Below, piece after piece: positions 37,430 through 51,300 of a stretch of DNA of 64,000 nucleotides; within the stretch, counting starts at the first letter, position 1; every line of letters begins with the position of its first letter. Made by a program: the position numbers and the translations under genes. Under the pieces are notes generated by a model. The model worked only from the letters and a program-made list of their open reading frames with translations, searched no databases and had not been told where the DNA came from. Source of the stretch: Antedon mediterranea (Eukaryota; Animalia; Echinodermata); NCBI RefSeq assembly GCF_964355755.1, contig NC_092670.1, positions 24,972,795-25,036,794 of the forward strand. Reading direction: 5' to 3'.

Positions 37430-38260
37430 GTGAATTTGTTAATGAAGTTGGAAGATTTGTTAATTGGTGTGAAGATATGAACTTAATACTTAATATTACT
37501 AAAACCAAAGAGATGATAATAGATTTTCGTAAAACTGCAGTTGAACATAATGTAATAACTATTAAAGGAACCGAGGTTGAAAGAGTAACCCAATACAAAT
37601 ACTTAGGTACTATAATTGACAACAAATTAAAATGGGAGTCAAACTCTCTCATGATTTCCAAGAAGGCATCTCAAAGGCTCTACTTTCTCAGAAAACTCAA
37701 GCAAATTAGAGTTGATAACACTATTTTAATTCTATTTTATCAAAGTATTATTCAAAGTATTTTATCTTTTAGCATTGGATGTTTTTATGGTAACTTTACT
37801 GAAAATGATAAGAAAAATATTGAGAGACCACGTAAAATTGCACAACGTATTATTAAAGCTGATCTTACGCCTTGTTCATTTATCTATGAAAAGAGTATTC
37901 TAAAAAAAGTAAACAATATTATGAAAGACCCCACTCATCCGTAACGTTACATTACTGTGATAACTTAAATAGATCAGGCATTAGGCTACGACCTCCAAGA
38001 GCAAATCTTTGTAGAACTAGAAAATCCTTCGTTGTAAATAGCATTCATATTTTTAATTCTAATGTAAGACGTTAATGCAATTTTTAATAGTTTTACATTT
38101 TTAACAGTATTTTTAACTTTTTATCTTGTATTTTTAATCTGTTATAATACTGCACGTTTTTAAATTGTTGCAATATTGTTGTTTTAATCTACCAAGCAAA
38201 GTGAATTTCCATTTTTATAGACAAATAAAATTTCTTGAATCTTGAATCTTGAATCTTGAA
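37430..38260 (+). mobile_element. 5'-truncated LINE (L2/Rex-Babar-like): RT C-terminus and 3' tail
   Basis: FVNWCEDMNLILNITKTKEMIIDFRK...YKYLGTIIDNKLKW...QRLYFLRKL; in-frame stop at 37944; tail (CTTGAAT)n at ~38234-38260. Confidence 0.85.
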
Positions 38261-38263
38261 AGG

Positions 38264-39133
38264 CACTAGTGACTAGTATCAAAGAATATATATCACAAGA
38301 ATGAGTATTCCGCGATTTTTGCATGAGAAATTTGTAACAGAGAGCTCCAGAGAGTGATGCCCGCCCTCATAAGGGCGGATGTATACATACTAAATAAGAC
38401 TTGATTTAATAGATATTATACATGTCACATTAAATAGAATTATGATAATAGTTTTGCAATTGTAAACTATTTTATAACACATATTTATTAACAAACTAGT
38501 GTACATTCACTTTTACAGACAATTATTTACTAACATGCTAATTTAGTTCACAAAAAAGGCCTAACACAGCAACACCAAAAAATCAATGAATCGTTGCTGC
38601 TCAGCACGGCCTATTCTTTACCATTGCCGTGTACTACTCTACATCCGGTAAATTAAGTATTGTTTTTATGATATAAATTAGTATAAGATACATGTTATTA
38701 ATAGGAAAAAATGTTAAATGTCATTAACATTTATTTGTTTTACCAGAAACAAGTTAAATATAGGAATATTATTAAACTATCCTACGTGAAAACGCGTAAA
38801 CACCAACACGCCCGGTCACGCTATCGTAGCGCCCGGTTGATAAAGCAAACTGTTTATACGGCAGTTTTTACTAAATAAATTGCATAAAACGAACAATTAA
38901 ATATCTAAATAGTATTTAACATGATGTTGGCATGTAGTTGATAACATTTTTTATCATGAAAATACTACCGGTGGTCCAGCCTTTGATTAGTGAAACTGTC
39001 ACAAAAAGTTGTATACATCCCAGATACATCCACACTTATGGCGGCGCCCTACCACATGGACAATATTACTGTTACAGGGAAAATCGCGGAATACTCATTC
39101 TTGTGATATTATATTCTTTGCTAGTATCTAGTG
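38264..39133. mobile_element. CACTA/CMC-like MITE
   Basis: Termini CACTAG...CTAGTG, ~55-bp TIR including ATCACAAGAATGAGTATTCCGCGATTTT, 2-bp flank GG on both sides. Confidence 0.75.
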
Positions 39134-39179
39134 GGAGCGAGCGAGCTGCAGATTTGCAGTAGAATCAGGTGTTGCACAT

Positions 39180-42100
39180 GCTTGTGTCAAGCTAGCCAAC
39201 AATAAGCCAGCCAACAATAAGCCAGCCCACTTTTATTTTTTCCAGCCAACAATAACTATGAAACGCCGTTTGTGCATTCTTTACATTTTCATTGTTACTT
39301 ATGGCTTTTATGGTATTAGGAATTAAATATTTGTGAGAAAAACGGCGGATTGTTCCTGGGATTCACTTGGTGGGATTATACTAGGGTACCCCCTTAGTCG
39401 TACAGTATAAGTTAGAGTGGGACCACTGGTACCGTTTACTCAGCCCTCATCTTTCAAAATTTGAGTGTAACTCATTTACGATTTAAAAAATATAGTGAAA
39501 TTTGATACTGTATTTGTAAGAAAATAGCGGATTGTTCCTGGGAGGCACTTGGTGGGATTATACTAGGCTACCTCCTTAGTTGTCCAGTATAAGTTAGAGT
39601 GGGACCACTGGTCCCGTTTACTCAGCCCTCATCTTTAAAATTTGAGTGTAACTCATTTACGATTTTTGAAATACAGTATAGTGAAATTTGATACTGTATT
39701 TGTGAGAAAACGGCGGATTGTTCCTTAGAGTCACTTGGTGGGATTATACTAGGGTACCCGCTTAGTCGTCCAGTATAAGTTAGAGAGGGACCACTGGTCC
39801 CGTTTACTCAGCCCTCATCTTTTAAATTTGAGTGTAACTCATTTACGATTTTTAAAATATAGTGAAATTTGATACTGTATTTGTGAGAAAACGGCGGATT
39901 GTTCCTGAGAGTCACTTGGTGGAATTATACTAGGGTGCCTCCTTAGTCGTCCAGTATAAGTTAGAGTGGGACCACTGGTCCCGTTTACTCAGCCCTCATC
40001 TTTTAAATTTGAGTGTAACTCAATTACGATTAATATTTTAAAATATAGTGAAATTTGATACTGTATTTGTGAGAAAATGGCGGATTGTTCCCGGGAGTCA
40101 CTTGGTGGGATTATACTAGGGTACCTCTTTAGTTGTCCAGTTTAAGTTAGAGTGGGACCACTGCTCCCGTTTACTCAGCCATTATCTTTAAAATTTGAGT
40201 GTAACTCAATTACGATTAATATTTTAAAATATAGTGAAATTTGATACTGTATTTGTGAGAAAATGGCGGATTGTTCCTGGCAGTCACTTGGTGGGATTAT
40301 ACTAGGGTACCCCCTTAGTCGTCCAGTATAAGTTAGAGTGGGACCACTGGTCCCGTTTACTCAGCCATCATCTTTAAAATTTGAGTGTAACTCATTTACG
40401 ATTTTTAAAATATAGTGAATTTTGAAACTGTATTTGTGAGAAAACGGCAGATTGTTCCTGAGAGTCGCTTGGTGGGATTATACTAGGGTACCTCCTTAGT
40501 AGTACAGTATAAGTTAGAGTGGGACCACTGGTACCGTTTACTCAGCCCTCATCTTTTAAATTTGAGTGTAACTCATTTACGATTTAAAAAATATAGTGAA
40601 ATTTGATACTGTATTTGTGAGAAAACGGCGGATTGTTCCTGAGAGTCACTTGGTGGGATTATACTACGGTGCCTCCTTAGTCGTCCAGTATAAGTTAGAG
40701 TGCGACCACTGGTCCCGTTTACTAAGCCCTCATCTTTTAAATTTGAGTGTAACTCATTTACGATTTTAAAAATATAGTGAAATTTGATACTGTATTTGTG
40801 AGAAAACGGCGGATTGTTCCTCGGAGTCACATGGTGGGGTTATACTAAGGTACATCCTTAGTCGTCCAGTATAAGTTAGAGTGCGACCACTGGTCCCGTT
40901 TACTCAGCCCTCATCTTTTAAATTTGAGTGTAACTCAATTACGATAAAAAATTTTAAAATATAGTGAAAATTGATACTGTATTTGTGAGAAAATGGCGGA
41001 TTGTTCCTGGGAGTCACTTGGTGGGATTATACTAGGATACCTCCTTAGTTGTCCAGTATAAGTTAGAGTGGGACCACTGGTCCCGTTTACTCAGCCCTCA
41101 TCTTTAACGTTTGAGTGTAACTCAATTAATTACGATTAATATTTTTAAATATAGTGAAATTTGATACTGTATTTGTGAGAAAATGGCGGATTGTTCCTGG
41201 GAGTCACTTGGTGGGATTATACTAGGTTACCCCCTTAGTCGTCCAGTATAAGTTAGAGTGGGACCACTGGTCCGGTTTACTCAGCCCTCATCTTTAAAAT
41301 TTGAGTGTAACGCATTTACGATTTTTAAAATATAGTGAAATTTGATACTGTATTTGTGAGAAAATGGCGGATTGTTCCTGGGAGTCACTTGGTGGGATTA
41401 TACTAGGGTATCCCCTTAGTCGTCCAGTATAACTTAGAGTGGGACCACTGGTCCCGTTTACTCAGCCCTCATCTTTAAAATTTGAGTGTAACTCATTTAC
41501 GATTTTTAAAATTTAGTGAAATTTGAAACTGTATTTGTGAGAAAACGGCGGATTGTTCCTGAGAGTCACTTGTTGGGATTATACTAGGGTACACCCTTAG
41601 TCGTCCAGTATAAGTTAGAGTGGGACCACTGGTCCCGTTTACTCAGCCCTCATCTTTAAAATTTGTGTGTAACTAATTTACGATTTTTAAAATATAGTGA
41701 AATTTGATACTGTATTTGTGAGAAAATGGCGGATTGTTCCTGGGAGTCACTGGTGGGATTATACTAGGGTACCCCCTTAGTCGTCCAGTATAAGTTAGAG
41801 TGGGACCACTGGTCCCGTTTACTCAGCCCTCATATTTTAAAATTTGAGTGTAACTCATTTACGATTTTTAAAATATAGTGAAATTTGAAACTGTATTTGT
41901 GAGAAAACGGCGGATTGTTCCTGAGAGTCACTTGGTGGGATTATACTAGGGTACACCCTTAGTCGTCCAGTATAAGTTAGAGTGGGACCACTGGTCCCGT
42001 TTACTCAGCCCTCATCTTTAAAATTTGAGTGTAACTAATTTACGATTTTTAAAATATCGTGAAATTTGATACTGTATTTGTGAGAAAACGGCGGATTGTT

Positions 42101-45100
42101 CCTGAGAGTCACTTGGTGGGATTATACTAGGGTACCTCTTTAGTCATCCTGTATAAGTTAGAGTGGGACCACTGGTCCCGTTTACTCAGCCCTCATCTTT
42201 AAAATTTGAGTGTAACTCAATTACAATTTTTAAAATATTATAGTTAAATTTGAAACTGTATTTGTGAGAAAATGGCGGATTGTTCCTGGGAGTCACTTTG
42301 TGGGATTATACTAAGGTACCCCCTTAGTCGTCCAGTATAAGTTAGAGTGGGACCACTGGTCCGATTTACTCAGCCTTCATCTTTAAAATTTGAGTGTAAC
42401 TCATTTACGATTTAAAAAATAGAGTGAAATTTGATACTGTATTTGTGAGAAAATGGCAGATCTAACGTATACTGGATGACTACTAAGGACGTACCTTAGT
42501 ATAACCCCACCATGTAACTCCCAGGAACAATCCGCCGTTTTCTCAAAAATACAGTATCAAATTTCACTATATTTTTAAAATCGTAAATGAGTTACACTCA
42601 AATTTAAAAGATGAGGGCTGAGTCAACGGGACCAGTGTTCCCACTCTAACTTATACTGGACAACTAAGGAGGTACCCTAGTATAATCCCACCAAGTGACT
42701 CTCAGGAACAATCCGCCGTTTTCTCACATATACAGTATCAAATTTCACTATATTTTAAAAATCGTAAATGAGTTACACTCACATTTTAAAGAGGAGGGCT
42801 GAGTAAAGGGGACCAGAGGTCCCACTCTAACTTATACTGGACGACTAAGGGTGTACCCTAGTATTATCCCACCAAGTGACTTTCAGGAACAATCCGCCGT
42901 TTTCTCACAAATACAGTTTCAAATTTCACTATATTTTAAAAATCGTAAATGAGTTACAGTCAAATTTTAAAAATGAGGGCTGAGTAAACGGGACCAGTGG
43001 TCCCACTCTAACTTATATTGGACGACTAAGTGGGTACCCAAGTATAATCCCACCAAGTGACTCCCAGGAACAATCCGCTATTTTCTCACAAATACAGTTT
43101 CAAATTTAACTATATTTTAAAAATTGTAATTGAGTTACACTCAAATTTTAAAGATGAGGGCTGAGTAAACGGGACTAGTGGTCCCACTCTAACTTATACA
43201 GGATGACTAAAGAGGTACCTTAGTATAATCCCACCAAGTGACTCTCAGGAAAAATCCGCCGTTTTCTCACAAATACAGTATAAAATTTCACTATATTTTA
43301 AAAATCGTAAATGAGTTACACTGACATTTTAAAGATGAGGGCTGAGTAAACGGGACCAGTGGTCCCACTCTAACTTATACTGGACAACTAAGGAGGTACC
43401 CTAGTATAATCCCACCAAGTGACTCCCAGGAACAATCCGCCATTTTCTCACAAATACAGTATCAAATTTCACTATACTTTTTAAATCGTAAATGAGTTAC
43501 ACTCAAATTTTAAAGACGAGGGCTGAGTAAACGGTACCAGTGGTCCCACTCTAATTTATTCTGGACGACTAAGGAGGTACCTTAGTATAATCCCACCAAG
43601 TGACTCCCAGGAACAATCCGCCATTTTCTCACAAATACAGTTTCAAATTTAACTATATTTTAAAAATTGTAATTGAGTTACACTCAAATTTTAAAGATGA
43701 GGGCTGAGTAAACGGGACCAGTGGTCCCACTTTAACTTATACAGGATGACTAAAGAGGTACCCTAGTATAATCCCACCAAGTGACTCTCAGGAACAATCC
43801 GCCGTTTTCTCACAAATACAGTATCTAATTTCACTATACTTTTTAAATCGTAAATGAGTTACACTCAAATTTTAAAGATGAGGGCTGAGTAAACGGTACC
43901 AGTAGTCCCACTCTAATTTTTTCTGGACGACTAAGGAGGTACCTTAGTATAATCCCACCAAGTGACTCCCAGGAACAATCCGCCGTTTTCTCACAAATAT
44001 AGTATCTAATTTCACTATATTTTTTAAATCGTAAATGAGTTACACTCAAATTTTAAAGATGAGGGCTGAGTAAACGGTACCAGTGGTCCCACTCTAATTT
44101 TTTCTGGACGACGAAGGACGTACCTTAGTATAACCCCACCATGTGACTCCGAGGAACAATCCGCCGTTTTCTCACAAATACAGTATCAAATTTCACTATA
44201 TTTTTTAAATCGTAAATGAGTTACACTCAAATTTAAAAGATGAGGGCTGAATAAACGGGACCAGTGGTCCCACTCTAACTTATACTGGACAACTAAAGAG
44301 GTACCCTAGTATAATCCCACCAAGTGACTCTCAGGAACAATCCGCCATTTTCTCACAAATACAGTATCAAATTTCACTATATTTTAAAAATCGTAAATGA
44401 GTTACACTGACATTTTAAAGATGAGGGCTGAGTAAACGGGACCAGTGGTCCCACTCTAACTTATACTGGACAACTAAGGAGGTACCCTAGTATAATCCCA
44501 CCAAGTGACTCCCAGGAACATTCCGCCATTTTCTCACAAATACGGTATCAAATTTCACTATACTTTTTAAATCGTAAATGAGTTACACTCAAATTTTAAA
44601 GATGAGGGCTGAGTAAACGGTACCAGTGGTCCCACTCTAATTTATTTTGGACGACTAAGGAGGTACCTTAGTATAATCCCACCAAGTGACTCCCAGGAAC
44701 AATCCGCCATTTTCTCACAAATACAGTTTCAAATTTAACTATATTTTAAAAATTGTAATTGAGTTACACTCAAATTTTAAAGATGAGGGCTGAGTAAACG
44801 GGACCAGTTGTCCCACTCTAACTTATACAGGATGACTAAAGAGGTACCCTAGTATAATCCCACCAAGTGACTCTCAGGAACAATCCGCCGTTTTTTCACA
44901 AATACAGTATCAAATTTCACTATATTTTAAAAATCGTAATTGAGTTACACTCAAATTTAAAAGATGAGGGCTGAGTAAACGGGACCAGTGGTCGCACTCT
45001 AACTTAAACTGGACAACTAAGGAGGTACCCTAGTATAATCCCACCAAGTGAATCCCAGGAACAATCCGCCATTTTTTCACAAATACAGTATCAAATTTCA

Positions 45101-46689
45101 CTATATTTTGAAAACTGTAAATGAGTTACACTCAAATTTAAAAGATGAGGGCTGAGTCAACGGGACGAGTGGTCCCACTCTAACTTATACTGGACGACTA
45201 AGGGGGTACCCTAGTATAATCCCACCAAGTGACTCTCAGGAACAATCCGCCGTTTTCTCACAAATACAGTATCAAATTTCACTATATTTTAAAAATCGTA
45301 AATGAGTTACACTCAAATTTTAAAGATGATGGCTGAGTAAACGGGACCAATGGTCCCACTCTAACTTATACTGGACGACTAAGGGGGTACCCTAGTATAA
45401 TCCCACCAAGTGACTGCCAGGAAAAATCCGCCATTTTCTCACAAATACAGTATCAAATTTCACTATATTTTAAAATATTAATCGTAATTGAGTTACACTC
45501 AAATTTTAAAGATAATGGCTGAGTAAACGGGACCAGTGGTCCTACTCTAACTTAAACTGGACAACTAAGGAGGTACCCTAGTATAATCCCACCAAGTGAC
45601 TCCCAGGAACAATCCGCCATTTTCTCACAAATATAGTATCTAATTTCACTATATTTTTTAAATCGTAAATGAGTTACACTCAAATTTTAAAGATGAGGGC
45701 TGAGTAAACCGGACCACTGGTCCCACTCTAACTTATACTGGACGACGAAGGACGTACCTTAGTATAACCCCACCATGTGACTCCGAGGAACAATCCGCCG
45801 TTTTCTCACAAATACAGTATCAAATGTCACTATATTTTTTAAATCGTAAATGAGTTACACTCAAATTTAAAAGATGAGGGCTGAGTAAACGGGACCAGTG
45901 GTCCCACTCTAACTTATACTGAACAACTAAGGAGGTACCCTAGTATAATCCCACCAAGTGACTCCCAGGAACAATCCGCCATTTTCTCACAAATACATTA
46001 TCAAATTTCACTATATTTTTTTAAATCGTAAATGAGTTACACTCAAATTTAAAAGATGAGGGCCGAGTAAACGGTACCAGTGGTCCCACTCTAACTTATA
46101 CTGTACTACTAAGGAGGTACCCTAGTATAATCCCACCAAGCGACTCCCAGGAACAATCCGCCATTTTCTCACCAATACAGTTTCAAATTTAACTATATTT
46201 TAAAAATTTTAATTGAGTTACACTCAAATTTTAAAGATGAGGGCTGAGTAAACGGGACCAGTGGTCCCACTCTAACTTATACTGGACAACTAAGGAGGTA
46301 GCCTAGTATAATCCCACCAAGTGCCTCCCAGGAACAATCCGCCATTTTCTTACAAATACAGTATCAAATTTCACTATATTTTTTAAATCATAAATGAGTT
46401 ACACTCAAATTTTGAAAGATGAGGGCTGAGTAAACGGTACCAGTGGTCCCACTCTAACTTATACTGTACGACTAAGGGGGTACCCTAGTATAATCCCACC
46501 AAGTGAATCCCAGGAACAATCCGCCGTTTTTCTCACAAATATTTAATTCCTAATACCATAAAAGCCATAAGTAACAATGAAAATGTAAAGAATGCACAAA
46601 CGGCGTTTCATAGTTATTGTTGGCTGGAAAAAATAAAAGTGGGCTGGCTTATTGTTGGCTGGCTTATTGTTGGCTTGCTTGACACAAGC
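39180..46689. mobile_element. Foldback (Mutator-like) element whose arms are inverted ~181-bp satellite arrays
   Basis: ~150-bp unique TIR (GCTTGTGTCAAGC, AGCCAACAATAA x3); ~17-18 units forward (~39330-42460), then ~23 units inverted (~42468-46540); 9-bp flanks GTTGCACAT / GCTGCACAT; no long ORF. Confidence 0.9.
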
Positions 46690-46854
46690 GCTGCACATGC
46701 GTTGTTGTAAAATAAAAACACCAACAGGGAGAGGGCGGCAGAGTACCCTGGTAAGAAAGAGGGCACGATGATGGATGTCATGTGAGTTTGTTTGTTGTGG
46801 TTTTTAAATTAAAATTATTGGTACAGGAACCGGTTAGGACTGCCCTATCACTAG

Positions 46855-48135
46855 ACCTAGGCTAGCCAAGGTAACTAGAAGACTGGCCTAAAATTAAGTC
46901 TTAGGCTAAGACTTAATTTAAGCTAGGCCTAGTAGCCTACTAGACTAGATAGAGAGAGAGGGGGCCTAGCGGCCTACTACTAGTAGGCCTACACTACTAC
47001 TACTAGGCCTAGTAGGCTAGGCCTAGGCCTAAACTAGTACACTACTAGTCTAGGGCCTAGGCCCTGTCACGATAAATATGGTCCGGGGCCAAAATCGGTC
47101 CGGCCGGACCAGTTTTGGCTCTAAAATTGTGGCCAAAAGCAGTCCGCCACTGCCAAAATCGGTCCGGGCTTTTCTTCTGTCGATTTTAATTGAATTACTA
47201 ATACTAGGCCTACTATGATGCTGTTTTAAGTTGTTTATGGCTAGAAAAATATCCCATGATATATATTAGTATGTTATCTTGTCGGATAAATACTATAAAT
47301 AAATGTATTTTATCTAAAAACATGACTTAGGTGTTCACTCATATTTCGGCCTGCCACACACTCACATGAACGGGTATGAGACGCTGATATTGCCAGCTAG
47401 ATTTTATTTATGATTGAGGCCTTTTTCATTCCTCAGCCTAATCAATAATTGGATAATTGTTTTATAATAATTGTATTGAATTGATATATTGATTGATTAA
47501 CCATAAATAATTAATAAATTAAATTGTTTTTAACATCATGGGGAAACGAAGATGTTAAAAAAGAACAAAATGGATTAAAAACAGGCAGAGATACATATTG
47601 TATACAAAAAGCCTAACAATTAGTACTAATTATTGATGAGTTACTACTAATAATGATAATAAAAAAACAGGCTTAATTTATAATATTAAAATAACAAATA
47701 AAACCCCGTAGTTTTCAATATAATGACTAATCATGGCCTTTTTTTAATGATATATACATTATGACTCATTTTGCGCACCATATATTTGTAAGACCGGACC
47801 ATATTTGGCGGCCAAAAACAGTCCTACTGCCCGGACCGATTTTATCCAGGCCGGACCAGTTTTGGCGGCCATAAATGGTCCCCCGGACTGATTTTGGCAG
47901 CCAAAACTGGTCCGCCGGACCGATTTTGGCCCGGACTGATTTTGGTGTGACAGCCCTAGTACTAGCTTAGCTAGCTAGGATAAACGTAGAAGGCTAGGCC
48001 CTAAAACTAGGCCTAGTAGGCTAGGCCTAGCTAGTCATGAGCTGAGGACCTCAGGGAGGTCTAATACTAAACTAAAACATTTTAAATGTAGCTAAGCTAC
48101 TAGATAGGAGGGCCAGGCCTATAAGGCCTACTAAA
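46855..48135. repeat. TAGGCCTA/CTAG-rich tract in the putative TSC2 first intron, split by a TIR element
   Basis: Dense TAGGCCTA and CTAG words at 46855-47064 and 47953-48135. Confidence 0.7.
47065..47952. mobile_element. Non-autonomous TIR element with TG...CA ends (Ginger/Sola-like)
   Basis: TGTCAC...GTGACA termini, 4-bp TSD GCCC, subterminal CGGACC(A/G)(G/A)TTTTGGC repeats in both orientations. Confidence 0.75.
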
Positions 48136-48328
48136 GTATGCTGCCAAGTTAACACATTTTGCTAGTAGACATAGTTCTGATTGGTTGGTTAAAAATGTTT
48201 TCGCATAATTCAATACTGCCCTCTATAATTGTACCGTATACCTTTTAAAATATTGACACATTGCAATTGTCTTAACTCAGTACTTATAAATAATGTTTAC
48301 CTTAGTAGATGTTTCTAAGAATGGAAGT

Positions 48329-51300
48329 ATGGCAAAGCAACCAAAAGATGGAGGCTTTCGGCAAAAGATCTTTCATCTTTTTAAAGGTTCGAAGGCAGCA
48401 AACATCGCCAGCACACCTGGCCAATCAAAATCTGAAGACTTTATTATAACAGAAGAAATACTCAGAGTATGTACAGTGGTATCGTTACTTTTTTTTTTGT
48501 ATTAGTTTGTAGGATTCATTAGTATAGTAATTAATAAACAGTTACTCTTACATAAAACAACATTGCATAGCTACTGTAGCATAATATCATAGATTAATAT
48601 AGCATGTTTTGTGTTAGTATTCAAAATATTTTTATAGCAAAATATAGTGAAATTTAGCATACACTAGCATTGTATTGGTGAAACATATAAATCAATAATA
48701 CATAATGTTATATTCCATACTTAGCATTATAAATTAATATACATACTGTAGAATATTCATTCATTTCCTTTATTTTGGATAGTACATTCATATACAAATC
48801 ATACAAAAAACAAAAAGAACAACAATTTCACCAGGAAATATGAACAACTTCCACAAAACCAACTTACAATATCATAAAATACTAATTTGCACCAACGCTG
48901 ATGTAGGTTGGATTATGGAAGTGTGTAATATTGTTTTCATACAATAACATTTAGAAACTTCACAATATCAATAGTGTTTATCTTTTTGGATTAAATGTTA
49001 ATATTGTGACATACTTTCTTATTTTTTTAAATAGAATGTTTCTTCTGAGTCACATTTAAGTCAAAGGATCAAAGCAATCAAAGATCTTTGTGATGTAGTT
49101 ACAACAACCAGATTGGAAGATGTAAGTAAAGAAATGAAATGATAATTTATGGCAGAAGTTTGTGGTAATTTTCAGGCTCAAAATAATTCATAAAAAAAAA
49201 ACAAACAATGTCATGGGCTATTGAAATTACAGTACCTGTAGTCAACTGTCCCTTTGGAATGTCTGGAAACGAGAAACTTTCACATAACTAGACTTTTGTT
49301 GAGGTCTAAAGGGTCCCAAATTCTTTTTTACCATTTTTGGAATAACCGACTTTTCAAAAACCAGCCAAGAGGAGAGGGTGACTGTAATGAATTTGACCCC
49401 CTCCCCCCACACTTTAATCAGAAGATTCTAATTTAAGCAAAGGTTTCAAAGGTATTACAGTTTTTTTTTAACAATATTAGTATCAAAGATGAAATTTGTT
49501 TTCAATGTTTTTTTATTAGCATGCTGTTGAGTCATTGTGGGTTAAGATAGCAGACTTGTTGGAACCACAGGCCCCAGCAGAATGCCGTCAACTTGTTTTA
49601 GCATTCATGAAGGCTACCATTAATGGCCAGGTAAAGTTCTCTTCCTCTTGAGGTTTCCTTCTTAATAATAATAATAATATTGAACATTTATAAAGGGCTT
49701 TACCGGAGTCTCAGCGCAACATGAAAATAATAACTATTGCAATATATTAATATGATAGTTCGTTTAGTGTAAACAGTTATACTGGTTTACACTAAACACA
49801 CTTTGATATTAATATACCAATAGAAGCCAGAAGGAAATAGTTTCACAACTACAGTATTGAAGTAGGTGAGTTTTCAAGAGAGATTTGAATTGAAAAGGTG
49901 ATGAATATTCACTGAATATGACAAATTTAAAATTGTCACATATTCACAAATTCTTGAGTTTGTCATACTTAGTGAGTCAGTGTTTAAGGTTGTTAAAGGT
50001 GTATCCACCCACTTTTTTTTTTCTCAAAATGTAAATATTTTTAGTTCAAGCATCTCAACATGATGAGGGCTCACTTCTTTACTGTGATTGCCAATCACTC
50101 CGTGTTTGAGGATCTGCCAATGAGGTAAGACACTTATACAAATCAAAGTTAAATGGCGAACTAGACTCAAAAGCATGATGAAAGGTCATTAATTGATGAA
50201 TACTGCCCCATAAGTATATATAATTCCACAGTAAAAGTAAATAATAGTACAATCAATTAAACAATACAAGTATACATATAGGATATTTCATTTTGAAGGA
50301 GAGTCAGTCATGTCAATGGAAGAATATTGTTTGTATTATATATAGATTACAAGTATTCAAGGCGTTATCTGACAGTGGTAAAAATCTGTTGTATTTTGAG
50401 GAAGATGCCGGGCCTTTCCTGCTGGTATGGATGCCGGATATCATCAGTTATGGAAGGTATTGGTTAATAGTTTGTTTTTTCATCCGTTTGTAAAAAAAAC
50501 AGAATGTAAACATATTATTTATTGTGCCAAATTTCAAAGTAAGACAAACAGTACAGAAGTAAGTCAATCAAACACCTATTATTACAGTACACAGTGATAT
50601 ATGAGCCCTTATCATTGCATTTGTACACTCAAATAAATGGACAAACAGTCAAACCATAAATTTTGATTGTGTTTAGTGTTTTCAAATATTGATTTTCCAA
50701 TTATGTGGCAAAAAAGGAAAATGTTCAAATCTTCTTTTTTTTGTAGGACTTCTGAGTTTTTACCTGTACTTATAAATGTAATCAAATACAATAGCTGTTA
50801 CCTTGACGATGACATCGTTGAAGGGCTGGTCAAGTATGTGTTTTTATATTTCAATCTGGAACAGAAATAAATATTTGAGTATCTTTTTTTTGTATCTCCT
50901 TTGAGATCCAGCCACTGATACCCACAGCATTGTCATTTTTTAAGTAATTTTTTTTAGGTTATATTTTATAGATTTTTTTTTTATATATTGATCGCAATAA
51001 AGATGATTATGATATGGCACTTTTAACAAAGCGCCTCACATCACAAAAGCAATACATCAAGCAATTCCAAATTTAACAAGCAATCAGCTCTGCCATGGGC
51101 ACTAACATCATCAGGCATTTGCTTGATACTCTCTCCTTGTAGGTAGATCTTAAATTGACTTTTAAAAAGTGCAAGTTATGGAGATTTGTGGATGTTAAGA
51201 GGCAATTCTTTACTGTACATACATACATTTTTACTTTTTAGACACACATGCTTAGTTTGTAGACTTCCTCAGACAGAAGTAGACATAGATCAAGCTCTAT

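Noticed and set aside
39330-46540. Regular array resembling a CRISPR or an RNA-gene cluster
   Set aside because: Units are homologous over their whole length with no unique spacers, no cas genes, and no recognisable tRNA, 5S or snRNA structure; the context is eukaryotic.
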